Assembly (NCBI GenBank): GCA_964544585.1
Contig: CAZJBV010000007.1
Span: 1-59,215 of the forward strand
Direction of reading: 5' to 3'
Source of the DNA: an uncultured Gammaproteobacteria bacterium
Lineage (GTDB): Bacteria; Patescibacteriota; Microgenomatia; 2-02-FULL-39-11
Length of the DNA stretch: 59,215 nucleotides
Of this stretch, positions 34,539 through 44,601 are shown in pieces (positions within the stretch are counted from its first letter, which is position 1; each line of letters begins with the position of its first letter). A program made the position numbers and the translations under genes. The notes beneath the pieces were generated by a model, which saw only the letters and a list, made by a program, of their open reading frames with translations, was not told the DNA's origin and ran no database searches.

Positions 34539-36020
34539 TTAATGAGGTTTATTGAGAACTATCGGTTTCGGCCTCGTCATTGCCTCCAAAGTGTATCGTA
34601 TCCCTTGTACCCCCACCCCGCTTCCTTTTATCCCTAAAAATGGAAAGTGATCAGGTCCTCTTTGAGGCTTGCTATTGACTTGTACCGATCCCACATCCAG
34701 TTTTTGTCCCAATTTTATACCCGCTCCCTCATCATTGGTAAATATCGACGCCTGAAGTCCATACATCGATTGGTTAACAATCGAAACAATCTCCTCCATT
34801 GACTTAAATCGGAAAAAGGACACCACCGGCCCAAAGGTCTCCACTCTCACTACCTCCATACTCGGCTTAACCTGATCCAATATTGTCGGCTCAATATATA
34901 GCCCTACTCTTTTACCTCCCAAAACTACTTTTGCCCCATTTACTTTCGCCATAATAATCCTTTTTTCTATTTCCTCAGCAGCCAAATCAGAAATTACCGG
35001 TCCCAAATTATTTTTCTCTATCCTCGGATCCCCCATCTTAAAATGTTCTTTTGTTTTTTTAACTACCATAGGAATAAGTTTACCAATCGTATCAGGAAAT
35101 CCTAAAACATACTTTATCGCCGTACATCTTTGTCCCGAATATGAAAACGCGCCTTTAACAATCTCTGTAGCAGTCGCCTCCATATCGCAATCCGGAAGAA
35201 CAATCGCCGGATTATTTCCCCCGCACTCAAAAAGTAATGGAATCATCCCCACTTTTTCCGATATCCTCTCGCCTATCTGCGACGATCCCGTAAAGGTCAC
35301 CATATCTACACCCTTGTGAGTCACAATATAGTCTCCAATCGTACTTCCCTCTCCAGTTACAGTATTCAAAACCCCAGCCGGAACCCCGGCTTTTTGAAAA
35401 ATATACGAAAGATGCAAAGAGGAAATCGCTCCCGATGTAGGCGGCTTAAAAAGTACTGCATTCCCAGTTGCTAAAGCCGGCGCAATCTTTGCCACAGACA
35501 AATTGACAGGATAGTTAAATGGCGCAATAGCCACAATCACTCCCAAAGGCACCCTTTCTATAATCGCCATCTTTGTTTGATCATATCCAGGAAACGCTTC
35601 TCCCGAGAGTTCCTCCCCTTTAAGATTCAATGCTTCATTGGCAAAATAGTCTATCATATCAGCTGATCTCAATATCTCATCTTTGGCCTCAGCATGGGAT
35701 TTACCAATTTCTCTTATAAGAAGTGTCGTCAAGTAGTGCTCGTGCTCTCTTATCCAATCAGCAGCAAGATGTAATACTTTTACCCTCTTAATCATTGGTA
35801 CTTTCTGCCATTCTTTTTGGGCCACATGAGCATCCCGTATACAATCATCAATTTCCGAAAAAGACACGGCCGGCACTCTCCCCATCACTTTTTCGTCAAT
35901 TGGTGAAATAATATCTATCCACTTGCCGGAAATCGGCTCCATCCATTTACCATTACAAAGATATTTATAATTAGGAGGAGTTTTATTGTCGTGAATATGC
36001 GAAAAATTGTCCTTAGGCAT
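34539..36020 (-). CDS. gapN: NADP-dependent non-phosphorylating glyceraldehyde-3-phosphate dehydrogenase (ALDH family)
   Basis: IAPFNYPVNL, FKPPT.G, FTGSS, ECGG, FSYSGQRCTA, ETFGPV, PQRGPDHFPFLG.KGSG.GVQGIRY. Confidence 0.85.
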   Translation of the reverse strand: MPKDNFSHIHDNKTPPNYKYLCNGKWMEPISGKWIDIISPIDEKVMGRVPAVSFSEIDDCIRDAHVAQKEWQKVPMIKRVKVLHLAADWIREHEHYLTTLLIREIGKSHAEAKDEILRSADMIDYFANEALNLKGEELSGEAFPGYDQTKMAIIERVPLGVIVAIAPFNYPVNLSVAKIAPALATGNAVLFKPPTSGAISSLHLSYIFQKAGVPAGVLNTVTGEGSTIGDYIVTHKGVDMVTFTGSSQIGERISEKVGMIPLLFECGGNNPAIVLPDCDMEATATEIVKGAFSYSGQRCTAIKYVLGFPDTIGKLIPMVVKKTKEHFKMGDPRIEKNNLGPVISDLAAEEIEKRIIMAKVNGAKVVLGGKRVGLYIEPTILDQVKPSMEVVRVETFGPVVSFFRFKSMEEIVSIVNQSMYGLQASIFTNDEGAGIKLGQKLDVGSVQVNSKPQRGPDHFPFLGIKGSGVGVQGIRYTLEAMTRPKPIVLNKPH

Positions 36021-36096
36021 TAGGTATATAATACAGCGTTGAGCTAGTAAACGTCTAGTAAAAATATTTGAATTCAATTCGGGTCTTTGTTATGCT

Positions 36097-36327
36097 ATGC
36101 ACTATGAGAGTAGAAAGTCCAGAACATGGTGTCACAGAAATGGTGTCACAGAAATGGTAAAGAAAGTAGTAAATAATATAGTAGTTTTCATCGACGATCG
36201 AATTGCGGGAGATGGTGGGGCGCAAACCCCATTAACTCCAGAACAACTTCAGAGAATGGGACGAGACCTAGATACAATGAAAGGTTCAGGAAACCAAAAC
36301 AGCTCTGGAGATTTTCACCAATTTTAA
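36097..36327 (+). CDS. Small hypothetical protein (start uncertain)
   Basis: 76-aa ORF with a 14-bp tandem duplication (atggtgtcacagaa x2) near its 5' end. Confidence 0.3.
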   Translation: MHYESRKSRTWCHRNGVTEMVKKVVNNIVVFIDDRIAGDGGAQTPLTPEQLQRMGRDLDTMKGSGNQNSSGDFHQF

Positions 36328-36364
36328 TAACTCCCCTGCCAGTTTTTAGTAGTCTTCCTAAAAT

Positions 36365-37675
36365 ATGCCAGTAGAAATGTATCCTAGACAACAAGTCAAG
36401 CCATTTCTTGCAGATACTCATTGGTACAGTTTAACACAGCGTTTAAGTAAGACAGAGCTTGTTAAATTAGCATCCCTAAGACAAAAACAAGGTTTCAATG
36501 CAATCCAGCTTGCAGTATGTATACCTCCAGAAGTCGGGCCATTAAATCCAAACGCACAAAGTGAAGTTGGTTTCCCCTGGTTAATAAAAAAACCTTTAGG
36601 AAAAGAGGTTATAGAAATTAACACAAATCCTGCGTATTTAAATTTAGCGAGAGAAAAAATTAAAATGATCAATGAACAAGGGTTAGGTGTAATAGTCTAT
36701 GGAGCGTGGGGACATCAAATCGAATGGACAGGGACAGAAAACATGAAACGTTGGTGGGGAGAACTTACAGATACATTAAATGATTTAGAAGTCATGTACT
36801 CTCTTACTGGAGAAAGCAATATATCTATTGGTTCAGAAAGAAAGCTTTTCCCAGATAAGGCACTGGGAAATTTCGCATCTACAACAGCAAGAAAACAAAT
36901 TCCTGATCCTATAAGATACTTTTTATCTAGATACATAAGACCTCAGGTCTTTGACAAACTCGTAAGAAGAAATGCCCTACACGCAAGAATAGAAGAATGG
37001 AGTGAAGTCCTAGACTTTCTAGCTCAACAAACAGACAAACCATTACTTCTCCACCCTGCAGCTGGATATAATAGTCACAACTCAGTTACAAATCCGGAGC
37101 AACTCTCAGCAGTTACTGCCTACACAGGACATTTTGAGTCTGCAAAAAATAGCTTATGGAAAACTCCTAAAAAATTAAGAAAAGCTCATCCGAAAGTTCC
37201 ATATATAAATCTCGAACCATGGTATGAAGGTATTAAAAATAAGTTTTGGACAGAAGATCAACTATTTGGATTTTGGACATCGATGCTTTCAGGAGCGGCT
37301 GCCCACTGTTATGGAGCGCAAGGTGTGTGGAATGTAGGAAGAACAAATGATAATTTCCTAAATTACTGGGGAACCCAAACATATGAAGAAGCCCTAGCAA
37401 GTAAAACACCTCAGCTACTTGGGAGATCTTTTGCTGAGTTACAAGCATTCCTGTCTGGGGAAAAAGGTCAAGAATTTAATGTAAAAACGACAGGAAATGA
37501 ATTGACCGAAATTGGAATGAGAACCAAAAGTAGGAAACAAGTTATTTATTATCCTCATACACAAGTCATTCAAGAGATCCAACAAGGTGATGGCTATTGG
37601 AATCCATTAGAAGCCGAATATATCAATCCAGCAGCCTCATCCATACCAAACCAATTAGTTATTTTTAGAAATTAA
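36365..37675 (+). CDS. DUF4038 / apiosidase-like (GH140-related) glycoside hydrolase domain protein
   Basis: FLADT.WY, RQKQGFNAIQ, ..GE.N, LEPWYEG, G..AHCYG..G.W. Confidence 0.7.
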   Translation: MPVEMYPRQQVKPFLADTHWYSLTQRLSKTELVKLASLRQKQGFNAIQLAVCIPPEVGPLNPNAQSEVGFPWLIKKPLGKEVIEINTNPAYLNLAREKIKMINEQGLGVIVYGAWGHQIEWTGTENMKRWWGELTDTLNDLEVMYSLTGESNISIGSERKLFPDKALGNFASTTARKQIPDPIRYFLSRYIRPQVFDKLVRRNALHARIEEWSEVLDFLAQQTDKPLLLHPAAGYNSHNSVTNPEQLSAVTAYTGHFESAKNSLWKTPKKLRKAHPKVPYINLEPWYEGIKNKFWTEDQLFGFWTSMLSGAAAHCYGAQGVWNVGRTNDNFLNYWGTQTYEEALASKTPQLLGRSFAELQAFLSGEKGQEFNVKTTGNELTEIGMRTKSRKQVIYYPHTQVIQEIQQGDGYWNPLEAEYINPAASSIPNQLVIFRN

Positions 37676-37686
37676 TATAACCCGCA

Positions 37687-38139
37687 TTACATCAATTCAC
37701 TACTATCCAAAAGTATCGTCACCGGCCCGTCATTTACTATATCCACACTCATATAAGCCCCAAATTCCCCAGTCTGAACATTCTTCACTCCTAAAGTCTT
37801 AAGTTTGTTTACAAAATATTGATAAAGCTTATTGGCAACTTCAGGCTTTGCCGCTTGTATAAATGAAGGTCTTCTCCCTCCACTTAAATCCGCATAAAGC
37901 GTAAATTGAGAAACGACCAAAACACTTCCTTCGGAATCTTTAATCGACTTATTCATCTTATTATTCTCATCACTCATTACTCTTAGATTCACAATCTTTT
38001 CCGCAAGTAAATCTGCTTCTTTTTCAGTATCCCCCTCTTTCACCCCCAACAAAATCACATACCCATTCCTAATTTGTCCGATAACTTTATTATCGATGGT
38101 AACTTTTCCGGCAGTCACCCGTTGAAGTAAGATTCTCAC
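37687..38139 (-). CDS. dtd: D-aminoacyl-tRNA deacylase
   Basis: MRILLQRV, LVVSQFTLYAD, GRRPSF, FGAYM.V.IVNDGPVT. Confidence 0.96.
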   Translation of the reverse strand: MRILLQRVTAGKVTIDNKVIGQIRNGYVILLGVKEGDTEKEADLLAEKIVNLRVMSDENNKMNKSIKDSEGSVLVVSQFTLYADLSGGRRPSFIQAAKPEVANKLYQYFVNKLKTLGVKNVQTGEFGAYMSVDIVNDGPVTILLDSSELM

Positions 38140-38190
38140 TAGTACATTTTATGTTAAATCAATATATTAAAACAATGTATAATTCTACCC

Positions 38191-39324
38191 ATGGATAAGT
38201 TTGACGTTGCAGTTATAGGCGCTGGGGTTGTAGGGCTTGCTATCGCGAGAGAATTTGCTATCAATGGAAAAAAAGTAATAGTTTTTGAAAGAAATCCATC
38301 ATACGGGGCTGAAACATCCTCACGAGGATCAGGGGTAATACATAGCGGCATATATTACGACAAAAAAACACAGCCTCTAAAAGCGAGTCTCTGTGTTCAA
38401 GGAAACCCTCTCCTCTATGAATATGCTAAAGCCAAAAAAATACTTCATAAAAAACTTGGAAAAATTATTGTAGCAACTGACAACGAAGAAGCCGAAAAGA
38501 TTGATAAATTAAGAAAAAATGGAATAAACAATGGAGTAAACGATCTTGAAGAGCTCTCAGAAGAACAAGTACGCACAAAAGAACCACATGTAAAATGTAT
38601 AAAAGGATTATATTCTCCCTCCACCGGTATCGTCGATCCATTAGGGTTAATGAATGGATTAAAAATGGATTTTGAGGATAAAGAAGGCGTATTAAGGGAA
38701 AACTCACCAGTTGCTTATGGAGAAGTTACAAATGAAGGGATAGTTCTTGATATCGAGGGAACAAAACCAGAAAGAATTATCTTCAGTACAGTAATAAACA
38801 GCGCCGGATTAAATGCAATAGAAGTAGCCAGAAATATCCAAGGGTTAGATAAAAAACATATTCCCGAAAATAATTATTCCAAAGGATATTACTACCGCCT
38901 AAAAGGGCAATCCCCATTTCACCATCTCATCTATCCGCTCCCAGTTCAAAGAGGTCTAGGCATCCATGCAACTCTAGACATAGAAAATAATACTCGGTTT
39001 GGACCGAACAACGAACAGGTTAAAAATGTGGATTATGCATTTATAGATGATCAAGACGAATCTCGAAAAGAGTTATTCGTAAAAGCAATCAAAAGATATT
39101 ACCCTTCTATAATGTATGATTTATTAAAACCAGATCATACTGGAATTAGACCACAGATTAGTTTTGGAGGATTTTTATTCCCAGATTTTGTAATCCAAGG
39201 GAAAAACGTACACAACATTCCTAGACTTATAAACCTCTTCGGTATTGAATCGCCTGCTTTGACTTCCTCATTGGCTATAGCAAACTATGTATATGCCATG
39301 GCGGAGAATAAAATCACTAACTAA
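38191..39324 (+). CDS. FAD-dependent oxidoreductase (L-2-hydroxyglutarate oxidase LhgO-like)
   Basis: IGAGVVGLA, ETSSR.SGVIHSGIYY, KG.YY, LIYP.P, GIH.T.D, GIRP, NLFGIESP.LTSSLAIA. Confidence 0.85.
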   Translation: MDKFDVAVIGAGVVGLAIAREFAINGKKVIVFERNPSYGAETSSRGSGVIHSGIYYDKKTQPLKASLCVQGNPLLYEYAKAKKILHKKLGKIIVATDNEEAEKIDKLRKNGINNGVNDLEELSEEQVRTKEPHVKCIKGLYSPSTGIVDPLGLMNGLKMDFEDKEGVLRENSPVAYGEVTNEGIVLDIEGTKPERIIFSTVINSAGLNAIEVARNIQGLDKKHIPENNYSKGYYYRLKGQSPFHHLIYPLPVQRGLGIHATLDIENNTRFGPNNEQVKNVDYAFIDDQDESRKELFVKAIKRYYPSIMYDLLKPDHTGIRPQISFGGFLFPDFVIQGKNVHNIPRLINLFGIESPALTSSLAIANYVYAMAENKITN

Positions 39325-39628
39325 GCCGGTTATTTAGCCTTTGCAAATCGTTCTTTAGAACAAAAACTCTTTCTACTTTTCCTTGAACAATTTTAGCCCC
39401 AAAATCAAAAAATTCACCGCATTTTGGACAATCGCCTATGAAATCATCTATTCTTCCATCAAGAAGAACATCTACTCCTTTCAATTCTTCTACCTCTTCT
39501 CCCAATTTATAGTGGTTTACACAACTACCAAAATCACCCATAAAATGAGTTTGTAATTCCCAAGTAGTCTTTTTATTACATTTGGGACAAACGATAGTAG
39601 TATGTAAATTCCAATATTGAGAACACAT
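39317..39628 (-). CDS. Small Zn-finger hypothetical protein
   Basis: CPKC ... CPKC. Confidence 0.6.
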   Translation of the reverse strand: MCSQYWNLHTTIVCPKCNKKTTWELQTHFMGDFGSCVNHYKLGEEVEELKGVDVLLDGRIDDFIGDCPKCGEFFDFGAKIVQGKVERVFVLKNDLQRLNNRLS

Positions 39629-39636
39629 ATTTATTT

Positions 39637-40068
39637 TTACTTCTTTTTTTTAACCATCCATTCCAACAGTGTTCCAGGCGCAACTATTTTTAAAGGTAGA
39701 AATTTTTTGCCTATCTCCTCTCGTAATAGATGCTTTTTATCAAGGCTTGCAAGATAATCACATTTGGTAAGTATCGCTCCGGCAATAAGATGAGCATCCT
39801 CTATATCAACTAAATCTTTATAAACTTCAATTTCCTCTGTTGTAATGCTTTTTCGTATCATCAATCCACTCATAGAAATAAAATCTTCCGTTTCTTTCCG
39901 CGTCTTTTTTATCTTTTTTTCTTTCTCCAAAACTTCCTCTATGGCAGTCTGCGACGAAATACCAATTATTTTTCCTTTCTTTATATATTCAATTAATAAA
40001 GCTGAACCGCCGGTCGAAGAAAGTATGGAAGCGATGATAACCGAAGCGTCAAAAAATACTCTCATCAA
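39637..40068 (-). CDS. PIN-domain toxin (putative TA, TIGR00305-like)
   Basis: RVFFDASVIIAS, D.EDAHLIAGA...KCDYL.SLD.KHLL. Confidence 0.85.
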   Translation of the reverse strand: MMRVFFDASVIIASILSSTGGSALLIEYIKKGKIIGISSQTAIEEVLEKEKKIKKTRKETEDFISMSGLMIRKSITTEEIEVYKDLVDIEDAHLIAGAILTKCDYLASLDKKHLLREEIGKKFLPLKIVAPGTLLEWMVKKKK

Positions 40069-40349
40069 TTTGTGGATTCAGACAAATCCTCTTCTACTTT
40101 TTTTAACAAAGATTTAGGTATCTTATCCTCTTTTAAGAATTCATCAATCTCACGATCACTATACACTCTATATGGAGCAGGTCTACTTATTTTTTGTGCC
40201 TCAATCACTACTTTGTTGCCCTCTTTCTTGGCTTTAACAATATCGCCACTATCTATACCCATCTCATCTCTCCATCTTTTTGGCAGTGTCACCATACCCT
40301 TACCAAGTACCTTTAACCATTCTTCCTGATCATTTAGTACTGACCGCAT
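40065..40349 (-). CDS. AbrB/MazE-family antitoxin
   Basis: KGMVTLPKRWRDEMGI..GD.V; promoter TTGACA-17 nt-TAAAAT upstream. Confidence 0.85.
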   Translation of the reverse strand: MRSVLNDQEEWLKVLGKGMVTLPKRWRDEMGIDSGDIVKAKKEGNKVVIEAQKISRPAPYRVYSDREIDEFLKEDKIPKSLLKKVEEDLSESTN

Positions 40350-40436
40350 ATATCTCCTTAGTTTTACTTTCTAACTTCTTACATTTTAAACTTACAAACT
40401 GTCTTTGTCAAATAGAAATTGTTATAATCCACTTGT

Positions 40437-41177
40437 ATGAACCTTCCTCAAAATCCTTGGGACATTCTTGCCAAAAAAACCTTTAACACAAATTGGGATA
40501 CAGCCTCAATTGATCCACGTGCCGCAGATAACATAATCATCGCCTGGCCTGCAATCTTAAATGTAATCTCAAAGGAATTTCCCGAAACACAAGGCATAAA
40601 AGTATTAGATTTTGGCTGTGGCACCGGAGGATTTTGCACTAAATTATCTAGTTTGGGATTTGCTGTAACTGGTATTGACCCCTCAGTCGAGATGATTAAT
40701 ACGGCCAAACACCATTCTCCCCCATCTATCAAATATATTGTTAGCGATCAGAAAATTATTCCTTCTCTAGGCACATTTCATATCATAACCTCAATCATGA
40801 CTCTACCTTTTATTGAAAATATTGAAGAAACTTTCGCTTTTATTTCCAAGGCGCTAAATCCAGGTGGACTATTCTTGTCAGCGGTTTTCAATCCAGATTG
40901 GGTGAAAGCATGTCTTAAATTGAAAGTAGCCTTTACTGACTTTGATTCCATAGAAAATCCAAAAAATGGTTGGAAAACATTTAGTGACGGAATTAAAATA
41001 CCGGTCTATATAAGAAACGCAGGAGAATATGATGCTTTAGCAAAAAAGAATGGATTAAAAAAGATATTGGAAGAATATCCTCCATACAGCGAAAAATTTA
41101 AAAAATATATCAAAGGTTCTCACTACGATCGCCCAACCACAATCTCTCAATATCTTATATTAGGATATAAAAAATAA
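40437..41177 (+). CDS. Class I SAM-dependent methyltransferase
   Basis: VLDFGCGTG, GIDPS.EMI, L.PGG.F. Confidence 0.88.
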   Translation: MNLPQNPWDILAKKTFNTNWDTASIDPRAADNIIIAWPAILNVISKEFPETQGIKVLDFGCGTGGFCTKLSSLGFAVTGIDPSVEMINTAKHHSPPSIKYIVSDQKIIPSLGTFHIITSIMTLPFIENIEETFAFISKALNPGGLFLSAVFNPDWVKACLKLKVAFTDFDSIENPKNGWKTFSDGIKIPVYIRNAGEYDALAKKNGLKKILEEYPPYSEKFKKYIKGSHYDRPTTISQYLILGYKK

Positions 41178-41202
41178 GCATAACTTCTTATTTAGTCTTA
41201 CT

Positions 41203-41250
41203 AAACTTCTCCTCTACCTTCCCCCAATTCACCACATTCCACCATGCCTT
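41203..41250 (-). repeat. Diverged copy of the sodA 3' end (copy 4)
   Basis: 39/48 nt identical to 44956-45003; reads [23 protein letters not shown]. Confidence 0.9.
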
Positions 41251-41268
41251 TATATAATAAGATCCAAT

Positions 41269-41649
41269 CTAATCAAACAATTTTAATTCGGCAATACCTT
41301 CAAAATCTTTTTTATTAAGTGTTGCCAATTCGGCACCATTTACCATCGCCGTTGCCGCAATTGCCGCATCGGGAAATTCTATCGCTTTTACAGCTCTTGC
41401 CAACTCTCCTGCCTTTTTCGCTACATCGAAGGAATAAGGAAAGATTGCAATTTTCTCAATTGTAGAAAGCATTATTTGTTCCTTCTCCGTATCCATCATG
41501 CTTTTCCCTTCATATAATTCTTGAATACTAAGAATTGAAATCGCTACATTATCTGATCCCAACTTTTTAATAAGTGTATTTAAAGGAGAATTATCCGGAG
41601 ATTTTTGGCGTAGATGATCAATAATAATATTGGTATCCACTACTACCAT
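41269..41649 (-). CDS. VapC/PIN-domain toxin
   Basis: VVDTNIIIDHLR, SIQEL, FPDAAIAATA, TLNKKDF. Confidence 0.9.
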   Translation of the reverse strand: MVVVDTNIIIDHLRQKSPDNSPLNTLIKKLGSDNVAISILSIQELYEGKSMMDTEKEQIMLSTIEKIAIFPYSFDVAKKAGELARAVKAIEFPDAAIAATAMVNGAELATLNKKDFEGIAELKLFD

Positions 41650-41948
41650 TCATTTTTCCTTCTCTTCGAAGCTGCAAGCTCCAATTTTCTTCTCTTTTTT
41701 TCCAACTTTTTTTCCTCGGGAGTCTCCGGACCCCACGCTCCCCGAGTTTTTTTCAGAACTTCCAAATACAAACTATCATCATGTTCAATAGTTTTCGGTA
41801 TCACTTTCATTGGCACCACGTAAATACCTTCCCCTATAACAGAGAATTTGAGCGGCACCTCAGGAGTAATTCCCAACTGTTTCCTAATTTTGCTTGGAAT
41901 TACCACTTGCCCCTTATTATTGGGTATGACAAGATCTCCTACATTCAT
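41643..41948 (-). CDS. AbrB/MazE-family antitoxin
   Basis: NNKGQVVIPSKIRKQLGI. Confidence 0.88.
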   Translation of the reverse strand: MNVGDLVIPNNKGQVVIPSKIRKQLGITPEVPLKFSVIGEGIYVVPMKVIPKTIEHDDSLYLEVLKKTRGAWGPETPEEKKLEKKRRKLELAASKRRKNEW

Positions 41949-42026
41949 ACTAGTATGATTTTACTACTTTTGTGAGATTTGTCAACTGCCAACTTGACAA
42001 ATAAAGTAGAGAGAGAGAATAAAAAC

Positions 42027-42278
42027 ATGGATATAGAGACTAATGTAAGAATATTGCCATTGGGAATACCAGAAGGAGCCGCTTCTGTAGATGGACTAGC
42101 GCCTGATGGAACAAGAATAGAAGTATTATTTCAATATCATGCGAGACGCCTTGGCCAACATTTTGAGCCTATAAGGAGTGATCAAAATACGAATTTAATG
42201 ATTAGATCAAGATTATCTTATGGAAACGGAGATGATCGCGGGTCTACCCATCCTCACAAACCTATTGACGAGTGCTAA
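42027..42278 (+). CDS. Small hypothetical protein
   Basis: 83-aa ORF after a shared TTGACA...GA-rich leader, converging on sodA-end copy 3. Confidence 0.45.
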   Translation: MDIETNVRILPLGIPEGAASVDGLAPDGTRIEVLFQYHARRLGQHFEPIRSDQNTNLMIRSRLSYGNGDDRGSTHPHKPIDEC

Positions 42279-42279
42279 T

Positions 42280-42321
42280 AAATCTCTTTTCCACCTCTTC
42301 CCAATTCACCACATTCCACCA
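42280..42321 (-). repeat. Diverged copy of the sodA 3' end (copy 3)
   Basis: 36/42 nt identical to 44956-44997; reads WWNVVNWEEVEKRFISTRQ*. Confidence 0.9.
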
Positions 42322-42446
42322 GACTAGCTTTCTTTTTTCCCTTCCCATCAACCTCTTAATCTATAATCCTACGAAATAAACAAATTTAGAAGGATACTTA
42401 TCCCATAAAACTTGACAATTTTATAGGAATCATCTATACTTAATCA

Positions 42447-43577
42447 ATGATCAAAAGGGTCTATGATCTGGCCAAGAAAATTAAGCCCAATAAGGCCGTA
42501 ATTATCCTGGGGCCCAGACGTACAGGAAAAACTACCCTCCTCAACCAATTTCTTGCCAATACCAAACTTAAATACAAGCTGGCTTTAGGCGATGAAATTA
42601 CTGTACAACAAGCCCTGTCTACCCAAGATCTTTACCAACTCAAAAACTTTATTGGTCCCAACGAAATGTTGATTATAGACGAAGCCCAAAAAATCCCCAA
42701 CATTGGCCTAAACCTTAAAATCATTATTGACAATATACCCGGTATCTACGTTGTCGCCACTGGCTCCTCTTCATTTGATCTCGCCGGGCAAATTGGTGAG
42801 CCGCTCGTAGGCCGAAAAATAAGCCTTTTTCTCTACCCTATCTCCCAACTGGAACTTACTCCGACTCTATCCCCCTTTGATCTAACGCAAAAACTTCCAG
42901 AGTGGCTCGTCTTTGGAAGCTACCCCCAAGTCATAGAAAGCACTTACCGGGATGAAAAAATTGAAATTTTAAATGAAATTGTCAATTCCTACCTCCTCAA
43001 AGACATTTTAGAGCTCGAAAGAGTTAAGGGAGCCAAAGCTCTTCTTGATTTGTTGCGCCTGATAGCGTTTCAAATAGGCAACGAAGTTTCTCTCTCTGAA
43101 CTCAGTCGCGAAGCCGGTTTAGACTTTAAAACAGTATCCCGCTATTTGGATTTGTTCGAAAAAACTTTCATCCTCTATAATTTGCGGGGATATTCTCGAA
43201 ACCTTCGCTCTGAACTCAATCGAAAAAGCAAATACTACTTTCTCGACAACGGCATTCGTAATGCCGTAATCAGCCAATACAACGACTTGGTACAAAGAAA
43301 CGACATTGGCGTCTTATGGGAAAATTTCCTCGTCAGCGAACGCTTAAAGACCCAAGCTTACCTTCCAATCTACTCAGGAAATTATTTTTGGCGCACCTGG
43401 GAAGGCAAAGAGATAGACTGGGTCGAGGAAAGAGAGGGTGGACTGTTCGCCTGGGAATTTAAATGGTCTCCCCAGAAAAAATCTAAAAACCAGAAAACTT
43501 TCTTAGCCGTCTACCCCAACGCCATCCTAAAGATCATTACTTCCGAAAACTATCTCTCATTCGTCACCGAAAAATAA
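42447..43577 (+). CDS. AAA+ ATPase with DUF4143 domain
   Basis: GPRRTGKT, IIDEAQK, ATGSSS, GSYP, KYYFLDNGIRN, WENF, YFWRT..GKEID. Confidence 0.92.
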   Translation: MIKRVYDLAKKIKPNKAVIILGPRRTGKTTLLNQFLANTKLKYKLALGDEITVQQALSTQDLYQLKNFIGPNEMLIIDEAQKIPNIGLNLKIIIDNIPGIYVVATGSSSFDLAGQIGEPLVGRKISLFLYPISQLELTPTLSPFDLTQKLPEWLVFGSYPQVIESTYRDEKIEILNEIVNSYLLKDILELERVKGAKALLDLLRLIAFQIGNEVSLSELSREAGLDFKTVSRYLDLFEKTFILYNLRGYSRNLRSELNRKSKYYFLDNGIRNAVISQYNDLVQRNDIGVLWENFLVSERLKTQAYLPIYSGNYFWRTWEGKEIDWVEEREGGLFAWEFKWSPQKKSKNQKTFLAVYPNAILKIITSENYLSFVTEK

Positions 43578-43730
43578 TTTCCGCCTCCAAAACCACTCTT
43601 AGCTTAGCCATACTTGACAAACAAAGCAGAAAGAGAATTACTCGGGGGGTGATTAAGATGTCAATAAATTATGAAATATATTTTCGATATGATGTTACTA
43701 AAAGTACGCCTTAGAGGTGTCTCAGATCGT

Positions 43731-43778
43731 AAACCTCTTCTCTACCTCTCCCCAATTCACCGCATTCCACCAAGCCTT
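43731..43778 (-). repeat. Diverged copy of the sodA 3' end (copy 2)
   Basis: 43/48 nt identical to 44956-45003; reads KAWWNAVNWGEVEKRFTI*; followed by a 19-bp match (43709-27 = 44901-19). Confidence 0.92.
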
Positions 43779-43803
43779 GATAAATTAGCTTGTGGTCTGA
43801 TCT

Positions 43804-44214
43804 TTAGGGTTCTTTCCTCTGGATACCCTTAATGTGGTCAAAATCTTTATCGAAACTTAATATTGTCCTTGTCTTCAATCTCTCCATATGAGCTATATTC
43901 AAAGCATCAACAAAATCAACTGAAAGCAAAGAGAATAATTCTAAAGCTCGAAAAAATGCTTTTTTATGAGTTAATTTTAACCCTGGCAAGGCTATAATCG
44001 CCGTTAAATATGTTTTGATAGACTCTCTTGAAAGATGATAAAGCTTTTTTGAGGAAAGTACCTGCACCGCCTCAATTATTGTTGCCTCCGAAGTCACTAC
44101 TTTATAAGATCCTTCCTCCAATCTTTTAAAAATCTTTCTACTCCTTTCGGATTGCTCGGGATTATCTCTGGTTAAATGACGTATAATGAGGTTTGTATCA
44201 AGAAAATCAAGCAT
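43804..44214 (-). CDS. VapC/PIN-domain toxin
   Basis: FLDTNLIIRHL, TIIEA, DFVDAL, ILSFDKDFD. Confidence 0.9.
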   Translation of the reverse strand: MLDFLDTNLIIRHLTRDNPEQSERSRKIFKRLEEGSYKVVTSEATIIEAVQVLSSKKLYHLSRESIKTYLTAIIALPGLKLTHKKAFFRALELFSLLSVDFVDALNIAHMERLKTRTILSFDKDFDHIKGIQRKEP

Positions 44215-44220
44215 ATATCC

Positions 44221-44487
44221 TTATAAACCTTCTTTGGCTACTTCTTCGCTATGTTCTTCAGCGGCAATCATAGACATATCCCTAAAAGAGACTGGTTTTG
44301 GCAGAGCTGGCACCACCTGATAGGTCGCATCCACCAATGAGCCGGCTGGAACAATTTTCACCGAGCGCCGCTCTACCTTAAAAGCTATTTTATCTCTCGG
44401 CTTGACCCCAAGTAGTTTTCTCAAACTCTTTGGTATCGTAATTTGACCCTTTGGACTGACACTGCCAATATATGTATAAGTTTGCAT
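44221..44487 (-). CDS. AbrB/MazE-family antitoxin
   Basis: VSPKGQITIPKSLRKLLGV...DKI.F. Confidence 0.9.
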   Translation of the reverse strand: MQTYTYIGSVSPKGQITIPKSLRKLLGVKPRDKIAFKVERRSVKIVPAGSLVDATYQVVPALPKPVSFRDMSMIAAEEHSEEVAKEGL

Positions 44488-44601
44488 GGTTTTACTTGTA
44501 AATAATGGTACAACCTATTATAACTATTCTTACCATATATTATAATCTTTGTCAATCCATCAACTTGACAAACAAAGCAGAGAGAGAGAGAGAATAAGAA
44601 C

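Noticed and set aside
36127-36159. 14-bp tandem duplication as a functional repeat
   Set aside because: Only two copies plus a fragment, in a dubious ORF; most likely a local slippage event
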